Below are positions 21,560 through 31,762 of a DNA stretch of 31,762 nucleotides, one piece after another. Source of the DNA: Octopus sinensis. Its lineage: Eukaryota. A program made the position numbers and the translations under genes. The stretch's first letter is position 1; the number at the start of each line of letters is the position of its first letter. A model generated the notes under the pieces. That model was not told the DNA's origin, searched no databases, and worked only from the letters and a program-made list of their open reading frames with translations. The DNA lies in assembly GCF_006345805.1 (NCBI RefSeq), contig NW_021823715.1, positions 1-31,762 on the forward strand, in the 5' to 3' direction.

Positions 21560-23010
21560 GAATAAGTATGTGTGTGTGTGTGCGCGCGCGTTACTGCGTG
21601 TGTGCATATATGCACGCGCGCTTGTGTGTATGTGTGTGTGTGTGTGTGTATCTGTGTGTATGCATATGTGTTTGTCCGTGCTATGCACACGCATGTGTGC
21701 ATATATGTGTGTGTGTGTTTGCGTGTACACGCGCGTGTGTGTATGTGTGCAGTGGAATCTGTACTAAGTGCCATGCATTTCTTGTTTACGGTCCTTTCGG
21801 CTGCTACCTTATTTCATATACACCGTATATATGTGTGTGTGTGTGTACATATACATATATATATATATACATAAATATGTGTGTGTGTTTACAAGCATAC
21901 AGGCGCGCGCGCATTTAGATTCAGGACTTTTACACACGCAACACACACGCATACATGCACATAGAAACACATGTTCACTCGTTTGTATGTATGTATATAT
22001 GTATGTATGCATGCATGCGTATATTTATATATGTATAGCTCAGGCTTAGTTCTGATCTACAGACCTATTCCAGTCGTCACCACCCGACTTTTTAAGGGTG
22101 TCTAAAGGCTCTAGCATCCGATATATCTTTCCTTCCTTTAAGACAGTATACTAAAGTTCAGTGGTGAGATTTGGCTGCTATTTCTGAATGAACAAGGGCA
22201 TGCATGTTTCGATGCAATATAACCATGTTAGTGTGCATGTAGCAGTGTGTATATTTTTACCTGCATGTAGCAATATGCCTTGTATATATATATATATGTT
22301 ATACCTGGATGCGTCTATGTCACAGAAGTGTGTCTGATGTACAGAGATTTCTTGGTCTGTATATATTATTGTCTTGGTGAGAAGAAGAGAAAGAACGAGA
22401 GATTAAAGAAACGAGGGCAGTGTGTGTGTGTGTGTGTGTGCAGACTAGCAACTGTGTATATATTGTTTCCTCAAACTGTTGCATTCCTTGGTGGCATTCC
22501 TTCATAGACAACATTGCGTCTTTCTATTATTACGTGAGTCTCCCTGCTCCAAACCGAGAGTCCAAACTTGGAATTGGTTGGTAATGGCAAGAAATACTAC
22601 GGAGAAGCAAGGTGTATACACGACACCGTTTATGTGTGTGTGTATGAGTGTGTGGTGTGTGGTATGTGTAGGGTGGGTGGGATTTAATTATGCGATTTTA
22701 ACCAATTCTTTCGGTTTTGGTAACATTTGTCTAACTTTAACATTTCATTCTTCGAATGCGATCGTTTAAGTTTTTTTTATTCATAAATCTTTGAACAAGC
22801 AATGTAATTGTGCGCGTGTGAGTGTGTGTATATATATATATATAATATATAATATATATATATATATTATATATATATATATATACGTATGTATGTGTGT
22901 ATCACACACACTATGTGTATGAGTTTATGCCAAAAAAAGCATACATAATCACACACACACATATACATTCATACATACATGTATATATGTATATTATATA
23001 TATATATATG

Positions 23011-23072
<62 letters not shown>

Positions 23073-23248
23073 TGTATAACACACACGCAAATATATTGCA
23101 ACAAATTTGTATTGAAATTTTACATATTTGCCATTTAAATCAATTGTGTTTTATTACACCATGTCGAATTAATTGAAGTCAAAGAAGTTTTATTTCTGTA
23201 CACCCACACACACACACACAAAGTACATGCAAGTACACATCTGTATCA

Positions 23249-23300
<52 letters not shown>

Positions 23301-23387
23301 ATAATGTGATAAGTATACATATGTGTGTGAGTTAGTTTATGTCTATGTATATATATGTATATTTATCTATACAAATGCACATATACA

Positions 23388-23426
<39 letters not shown>

Positions 23427-23773
23427 ATATATGTATATGCATGTATGTATAATGTAATGTCATAATAAAATAATATGTGTAAAATAATGCACAAAAGAAG
23501 TTCCACTGAAAGGTTTCTGATAATGCTTCAACTTTTAGTTTTCTAAGACAAAAGATATTTCTTACTTTTCTGATTCTCTCTCGCTCTCTTTCACCATCAT
23601 CATCATCACCACCACCACCAACAGCCACTACAATAACAGCATCTTTCTAGAATTTTCTAAGATTGGAATTTGTTTATGCTTTTTTTTTGCCTTATTTTTG
23701 TTAATTTATTTTTTTTTTTTTTTGGGGACAACTTTTCGATATTTAAAATAAACTCTTAGTTTTGCAGATATAA

Positions 23774-23808
<35 letters not shown>

Positions 23809-23917
23809 CACACAAACTCACACAAACAACATGCAACAGTCACACACACACAACACAACAGATTCTGTGCATAAACATATATATATATGTATATATACAT
23901 ATATATGTGTAGGTGTG

Positions 23918-23956
<39 letters not shown>

Positions 23957-23986
23957 CATATATATATCATTATACATATATATATA

Positions 23987-24025
<39 letters not shown>

Positions 24026-24305
24026 TCACATGACTAATACAAGACAACAGATACATGCACACACATGGGCACTCTTATGCACCTCACACATTCACACACT
24101 CTTTTATATTACACACATTCACCAATTCTATTGCACCGCATTCGCCACCACCATCTTTGTCGAAGTCACAATCATCATCAACATGTTCTTAAGAAGCTCT
24201 TTTTTTCCTAATTTGTCCCACCGCCTCAACTTCTCATCACTTGAACTTTTTTTCCTCCAATTACCCCTCCCACAAACACACACACACACAAACACACACA
24301 TTCCA

Positions 24306-24363
<58 letters not shown>

Positions 24364-24801
24364 ATATACATCTGTACATGTAGTAACATACACACACAGA
24401 TGCACATGTATATACACACACACATATATATATATACATGCATAATCACTTGATGTGTCTTATGTATTTGATATCCATTTTATTCCCAAATTCCTTCATT
24501 ACAAGAAATGACAAATTCTTAAATGAAACTTTGGGGTTGAAACTAAAGAATATAATTTCTATAATTTAGATATCTACCTGCAGAAAAATTGAAGAAAAAA
24601 ATATAAAACATGCACACACACACACACACATTCATATACAGGCCTATATATAAATATACATACATGTGTTTGTGTATATTTATATAAATATATACAGATA
24701 TATATATCCACATATATGCATAGATACTATGCACATATATACATACATAAATATATATACGCTTATCAATTTGTATATATATATATATATGTTATATATA
24801 T

Positions 24802-24853
<52 letters not shown>

Positions 24854-24860
24854 TTATATA
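21560..24860. repeat. Dense field of (TG)n, (CA)n, (TA)n, (CG)n and (CT)n microsatellites with short unique spacers
   Basis: Direct reading. Confidence 0.9.
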
Positions 24861-25251
24861 TATAATATGTATAGACAGGTATTGTCTTAATACGTGTCGT
24901 GTGTGTTGTGTGCATGTGTGTAAAATTCATTATATGTTTCTTCAACTAAACCATATTCCATATGAAAAGGAAAATGTGTCTTACCATTCTTTGCATTCAA
25001 TTTGCTTAAAAAGGAACTGTCTTTCTGTGAGATTTGTCTCTTTCACGACATTTCTATCAATTTATTTCATCAGGACAAAAGGAGCCAAGATCTAAAGTAG
25101 CATTTATGAGTTTTAATCCTTTTAAAAGGGGATAGGGGGAAAAATCACATACACAACATTTATGTAAATGTGTGTATGTATATATATATATATATACATA
25201 CACACATTTACATATATATATTGATATATATATATATATAGATAGATATAG

Positions 25252-25413
25252 ATATAAATACAGTGTACATTTAAACACATAAGATGTATCTGTCATAGGA
25301 TTCCTTGCACGCTAGAAGGAACAGCTAAAATCCAAACTAGCTGTTCCTTCTAGCGTGCAAGAAATCCTATGACAGATACCCCTTATGTATTTAAATGTAC
25401 ACTGTATTTATAT
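25252..25413. repeat. Long inverted repeat: 76-bp arms (25252-25327, 25338-25413), 4 mismatches, 10-nt loop
   Basis: Manual reverse-complement alignment of the two arms. Confidence 0.95.
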
Positions 25414-25596
25414 GAATAATATGTAGTCTATTGACTAACTTTTTACACACTAGGCCACTGGTAGTAAAAATTTCTAAAACTTTTTATTACCCTGATATTA
25501 TCAATTATATATATATAGATATAGATATGTATATATAAAGATAGGTATAGATATAGATATAGATATGTATATATAGATATAGATATGTATATATAG

Positions 25597-25635
<39 letters not shown>

Positions 25636-26084
25636 CTTATATAATTAAAATATTACGTTTGGGTTATTTCAAGTTAAATAAATGTACACATGTCAATTTA
25701 TTTACAAGTTATTTATGTGTGCTTGTATGTATATATATATACACACACACATATATACATATATACAGTTATGCATAAATATATACGTATATGCATTGTT
25801 GTATATATATATATATATGTGGTGTGTGTGTGTGTATTATATATGTATATATGTTGTGTGTATGTATATATATTATATATATATATATAGAATATATATA
25901 ATATATTATATATATATATCAGTCTGTTGGTGTGTTGAAACTAAAACAGTGATATCATGGAATATATATTTTTAATGTGTTTAAACAAGAAAACACAAAC
26001 CAAAATCTGTCAGCTCAACATTCATATATATATTCGTAACTGTACTGTCTATTATGGTATTCAAGATATTTCTTCGTACATCTG

Positions 26085-26230
26085 TGACTTGATCACTGGC
26101 AAAAGCCAAGCGCATCCATGACCAGGTCACAGAAGTGCGACAGAATTATATTGATGGTTAATCAAGGAAATTCTTTCAGGAGAGAATCAAGAAATGGATA
26201 GAAGAGGTTTCGGGTATTGTAATAGCTATG
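26085..26230 (+). mobile_element. Possible decayed mariner-type transposase C-terminal fragment
   Basis: Frame reads *SLAKAKRIHDQVTEVRQNYIDG*SRKFFQERIKKWIEE, loosely like the mariner C-terminal EVKxxVxxWxxxQPxxFFxxGIKKL pattern. Weak. Confidence 0.25.
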
Positions 26231-26305
26231 CTAGTTCTTTCAAACTGTCATTGGTGTGTACTCATATGCGATAAAGCCTACATATTGATATATATATATA
26301 AATAT

Positions 26306-26349
<44 letters not shown>

Positions 26350-26492
26350 TATAATTTATAAGTTCAGCAAAAATTTAGATTCAAATGAATATGGTACTTA
26401 ATTTAGATGCACCAGAATTCTGTATGGTGTTATCTATAAAAATCCTTGGGGTGATTATAATCAAAATAAGCAACAAGAATGACTCCGGTATA

Positions 26493-26540
<48 letters not shown>

Positions 26541-26739
26541 TTATATATATATATATAAATATATATATATAAATATATGTATAATAGGCTAGCAGTATAA
26601 TATATTCTGACTAGCAGGCCAAAAATTCGAAGACACTGTCACCATTTTTCTTGTAGAAGTATACACTCTACAAAAGAGTATTGAATAATTCTTTGGTTTA
26701 ATTCTAAATTGTTTTTATTGTAACTCGACTTTTGCTGCT

Positions 26740-26825
26740 CAAGTTTGACTTTGCCTTTCATCTTTTTGGCGTCGACAAAATAAAAGTACTCCTGAGGAGT
26801 ACTGGGGTTGATGTGATCAGCCAGC
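26740..26825 (+). mobile_element. A-related SINE central-domain fragment
   Basis: ttgactttgcctttcatc...gtcgacaaaataaaagtac...tactggggttgatgtgatc. Confidence 0.75.
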
Positions 26826-26920
26826 CTCTTCTTGTGACTAAAGCAAAATGAATTATGACTGAGTAAAATAACAGACACATACCCATACATGTATACATGT
26901 TACTCACAACAAAATCTTAC

Positions 26921-27076
26921 ATCAGGCTGCCTGGTAAGTAGCTTGCTTATCAAACACATGGTTATGGATTCAGTCCCACGGCATGGCACCTTGGGCAAGT
27001 ATCCTCTACTATAGCCTCGGGCTGACCAAAGCCTAGTGAGTGGATTTGGTAGATGGAAACTGAAAGAAGCTCGTTG

Positions 27077-27138
<62 letters not shown>

Positions 27139-27372
27139 CATATATATGTATGTATGTGTGTGTGTATGTATGTGTTTATGTTTGTCCCCTCCCCATCGCT
27201 TGACAACCGGTGTTGGTGTGTTTATGCCCTCGTAACTTAGTAGTCCTGCATAAGAGACCGATAAAATAAGTACTAGCCTTACAAAGAATAAGTCCTAGGG
27301 TCAATTTGTTCAGCTAAAGGCAGTGCTCCAGCATGGCCACAGTCAAATGACTGACACAAATAAAAAGAAAGA
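26921..27372 (+). mobile_element. Full-length SINE B with internal (TA)(CA)(TG) microsatellite
   Basis: Complete head, CORE-like domain, internal repeat, 3' half and hairpin cagtca-aa-tgactg at 27340-27353. Confidence 0.93.
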
Positions 27373-27486
27373 ATATATATATATGTATATGTATGTATAT
27401 ATACATATATATATATATACATATATATATGTATATATATATATGTGTATATATATATGCATATATATATATGTATATATATATGC

Positions 27487-27521
<35 letters not shown>

Positions 27522-28048
27522 ATATACTTATGTGCATATATGTGTCAATACATATATGTGTGTGTGTGTGTTTATTGAAATGAAAAAAATGTTTTTAACG
27601 GATTAAGAAATTAAATCAACTAAAACAGAAAAAAATTTAAAGAAACAACAAAATAGTTTTGTTGTTGATGTTACTGTTGTTATTGTTGTTGTTGTTGGCA
27701 TATGATGGGGTGGGGAAGGAAAAAGACACAGAAAAGCAAGCGCCAATATTGTCACCCACCCACCCATCAATTCATAGAATAGGGTTTATTAAATTTTGGA
27801 TACAAAAACAACAAACCAGCAAAATTGCATCGACATGTGTACGTATATATATGAATATACATATAGTTTTTATATTTATATATATACTCATGAGTGTGTG
27901 TAAGTATATATACATGTATATGTATGTATGTAGATAGATAGATGGATGGATAGACACACACACACAAAGTAGGGTCTTTTTTTATATTTTCTGTTACACT
28001 TTTCGTAAACTTTATTCCATTCTTCCTCTCCACATACATTATTCCCTA

Positions 28049-28055
28049 ATTATTA

Positions 28056-28095
<40 letters not shown>

Positions 28096-28140
28096 CATCA
28101 TTATTATTATTATCATCATTATTATCGTCATCAATGTTAT
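28049..28140. repeat. (ATT)n/(ATC)n trinucleotide tract
   Basis: Direct reading. Confidence 0.95.
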
Positions 28141-28499
28141 TATTCCTTTGGAAATCGTTCCAAACGTCTGGCATATTTCTGCATCTATTCAAAAATGACG
28201 CGATTCTGCAGAGACATTTTTTGGTGGAAAATGAAAAGAGGGGAAAAACAAGAAAAAAAACAAACAAACAAAAAACAGAATAATTTTATTTATTTGTTTC
28301 CATGCTCTGTGTCGCTGTGTGTGTGTATGCGTATGAGAGAGTGCATATGTATATATTTGTTGTGCGTGTGTATATGTGTATTTATTTATTTATTTTTCTT
28401 TTGCTTGTGTTTTTCAGTTTACGTTTAATTGTCTTTTTTCTTCATTTCACACATATTGGTCTACCCTCCACCCCTTCTCCAGTATTTTCTGTTCATACA

Positions 28500-28677
28500 C
28501 AATCATGCCTGCACACACACACCACATATATGTGTGTACCAGTATACACACACACACACATATACATACATGCATTTATGTATATGTGTGTATATGTTTA
28601 TTCATATATTTATATGTATTACATATACATATATATATATATATAATATACATATATACAGATATGTACATATATAA

Positions 28678-28709
<32 letters not shown>

Positions 28710-28800
28710 GTATGTAGTATGTATATATATTTATGTATGTATGTATGTATGTATATATGTATATAATATATATATATATATATATAGTATATATATATAT

Positions 28801-28834
<34 letters not shown>

Positions 28835-28925
28835 ATATATTAATATATATTATATATATATAAATATATATATATTATATATAATAAATATATATATTAT
28901 ATATATATAATATATATATATATAT

Positions 28926-28956
<31 letters not shown>

Positions 28957-29020
28957 ATATATATATATATATATATATTAATATATATATATATATACAT
29001 AAATATATATGTATATATTT
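28500..29020. repeat. Very long imperfect (TA)n field
   Basis: Direct reading; about 28750-29000 is almost pure A/T. Confidence 0.95.
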
Positions 29021-29665
29021 CAAAAACACACAAATACATCAGAACCACCAATTTCTTACACTAAGTTTTGTTTTCTCGAAGTCTTTTGAGGAAACAACAA
29101 CAATAATAATAATAATAACAATAACAACAACAACAGCAAAACTTATATTAAAGCATTTCCAAAGAATTTTTGCCAGTATCAAAGATTTACAAAACTGATT
29201 TCAAAGAAGGTAGTATAGGTATTGGTAATTTTTATTGCAATGGTGGTGGTTGTTTTGGTGTTGCTGTTGTTGTAGTTGTTAGTGGTGGTGATGGTGGTGT
29301 TATATTTTTTTTTTGTTCTTACTTTCATTGAAAAATGTTATTTAGCTTTTTTGAGGTTTTTTTGCATATAAGATTTTAATTTTGTTGCATCATATATTGT
29401 TGTTGTTTGTTATTTTACTTCGTTTTTATTATTTGCTGTTTTGGGTTGTTGTTTTTCTTGTTTTGTTTACTTATTTAGTTTTGTTTGTTTGCTTTTTTTT
29501 TTGTTTTTGTAATTGCTGCTTATATAGAAAATTCCTGTGCCTCACCCTAGATTGTTGAGATTGCATTATTGGAAATATGAAGGGGGGGGGGGGCACCACT
29601 TCTTCATTACACCGCTACCACAAATGTGTGTATATATATATATATACATGTGTGTGTGTGTATAT

Positions 29666-29704
<39 letters not shown>

Positions 29705-29807
29705 ATAGATAGATATATATAGGTGTTTACAATATAAGCACATACATGCGTATATATATATATTATATATATATATATATATGTGGGTGTGGTATATATA
29801 TATTAAC

Positions 29808-29853
<46 letters not shown>

Positions 29854-30239
29854 TGTGTATATATATATGTTGTGTGTGTGTGTGTATATATATATACATA
29901 CACACATACACATCTATATATATACATGTTGTGTATAATATATATAATATATATCATACACATCCATTTATCTATAGTGTATATATATATGCATAGACGT
30001 GTGTGTATCCCAACCCATACCAGCCTGATAGACAAATGTATGATGATGATGATGATCCACTCACACCCATACATGTATGCACACATACACTTATACATAT
30101 CTGCCTAACTCCACCAGACGTTACCTCTCACCAAACCAACCAGCCAACAAACCATGCTGCCAGCCAGCCAGCCAAAGAATCATGCACCTTATTAACTAAT
30201 GAACTGTAACCAATCTTGACTCACAGAGTGTGAAATGGC

Positions 30240-30512
30240 AAGATGGTTGGGTGACACTTCTGGTGATGGTGATGGTAGTGGTGATGATGATGATGATTAT
30301 AAGTATGATGATGATGATTATGATTATTATTAGTGGTGGTGGTGGTGGTGGTTACAGCAATTGTTGCTGATGTCACTGATGGGATAAGGGGTGGAGATAG
30401 AGGTGATACAAACACAGAGAAGACACAAAGTCAAAGCTAAATGGCGGCGGTACTGTAGGTAGTGGTGGTAGTGGTGGTAGTGGTGGTGGTGGTGGTGGTG
30501 GTGGTGGTGTGG
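30240..30512. repeat. (GAT)/(GGT) trinucleotide mosaic
   Basis: Direct reading. Confidence 0.9.
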
Positions 30513-30682
30513 GGGTATATATATATATGGCATGGGAGGGTTGGGGTGTGGGGTAGGTGTGTAGAGTAGGGTGTGGTTCTTGCTCTGTGAACAAAGATCT
30601 ACCCTGGAAATATTTCCTTCTTGCACACACTACCCATGTACTCATATACCCATGCATACAAACACACACATACATATACACA

Positions 30683-30857
30683 TAGGTGCAGGAGTGGGTG
30701 GGTGTGTGGTAAGAAACTTGCTTCCCAACCACATGATTCCAGGTTCAGTCTCACTGTATGGCACCTTGGACAAGTGTCTTCCACTATATCCTCTGGTTGA
30801 CCAAAGCCTTGTGAGTGGAATTTATAGACAGAAACTGAAAGAAGCCTGTTGTATGTA

Positions 30858-30907
<50 letters not shown>

Positions 30908-31167
30908 ATATACATATAATATTATACATATTATATATATGTATGTATGTATTTGTGCATCTATGTTTGTTCCCCCACCCCACCATTGCTTTACAACCGA
31001 CGTTGGTGTGTTTATGTCCCTGTAACTTAGCAGTTTGGCAAAAGCAACCAATAGAATAAGTACTAGGCTTTGAAAGAATAAGCCACAGAGTTCATTTGTT
31101 CAACTAAAGGCAGTGCTCCAGCATGGCCACAATCAAATAACTGAAACAAGTAAAAGAATAAAAGAAT
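30683..31167 (+). mobile_element. Full-length SINE B with internal (TA)n
   Basis: Same architecture as 26921-27372; (AAAAGAAT)-type tail. Confidence 0.93.
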
Positions 31168-31271
31168 ATCACACACACACACACACACACACATGCATAT
31201 CATACATTGCATGACAAATAACAGGACTAGCAAAAAGAAAAAAAAAAAATTTAAAAAAGCATTTGTTATTA

Positions 31272-31482
31272 TCGCGCTGGCAGAATCGTTAGCACGCAGG
31301 ACAAAATGCTGAGCAGTATTTCATCTGTCTTTTCGTTCTGAGTTCAAATTTCACCAAGGTCAACTTTGCCTTTCATCCCTTCAGGGTCAATGAAATAAAT
31401 ACCAGTTGAGCATAATCAACTAGACCCCCCTCACCCAAAATTTCAAGCCTTGTGCCTATTGGAGAAAGGGTTATTATTATTA

Positions 31483-31525
<43 letters not shown>
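31272..31525 (+). mobile_element. SINE A' with (ATT)n tail
   Basis: gctggcagaatcgttagc head, gttcaaatt box, aaatttcaagccttgtgcc tail followed by (ATT)n. Confidence 0.9.
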
Positions 31526-31526
<1 letters not shown>

Positions 31527-31762
31527 ATTTAATCACTTTATTTTCAATCAATATTTTAATTATCATCTTTATTCTCATCGATGTCATTACCATTGTCATC
31601 GTTATTATCATCGCATTTACAATAATCATCATTGCCATCATCATCATCTTCGTCATCAACATCCTCTTCGTTGTTATTAACGATTTTATCCTTGTCCTTC
31701 TCCTCTTCATCTCCACAGTTGTCTTCGTCATCGTTAATGTTATTAACATCATCGTTCTTCTT
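31526..31762. repeat. Degenerate (CAT/CTT/ATT) trinucleotide tract
   Basis: Direct reading. Confidence 0.85.

Noticed and set aside
28046-28206. Minus-strand acceptor followed by IASFLNRCRNMPDVWNDFQR-polyN ORF
   Set aside because: It ends in a stop within the (AAT)n repeat, is incompatible with the downstream exons, and has no other support.

Overview
Eukaryotic, AT-rich, largely intronic/intergenic DNA saturated with microsatellites and retroposons. The SINE families present match what I recall of octopus genomes, so the source is probably Octopus sp. (inference, not verified). There is no prokaryotic-type system, CRISPR array, rRNA or true tRNA. Coding evidence is limited to two phase-compatible minus-strand exons of an unidentified gene (5791-5695 and 435-331), a possible alternative last exon (from 2553), and two decayed CR1/L2-type LINE 3' ends (3465-4212, 4253-4640). 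About 25 tRNA-derived SINE copies or fragments fall into families labelled A, A', B, D and E here; C is a (TGA)n-tailed RTE-like end. The most notable structures are: (i) a near-perfect 76-bp-arm hairpin at 25252-25413; (ii) a LINE and SINE-B 3' tail pair whose terminal stem-loop is conserved through compensatory changes; (iii) a 147-bp x3 minisatellite apparently born from a SINE-in-SINE insertion; (iv) an element embedded in (TAA)n; (v) a SINE inserted inside the 3' splice region of a candidate exon; (vi) a sharp CpG-poor to CpG-rich transition. Nearly all ORFs in the supplied track are microsatellite artefacts.
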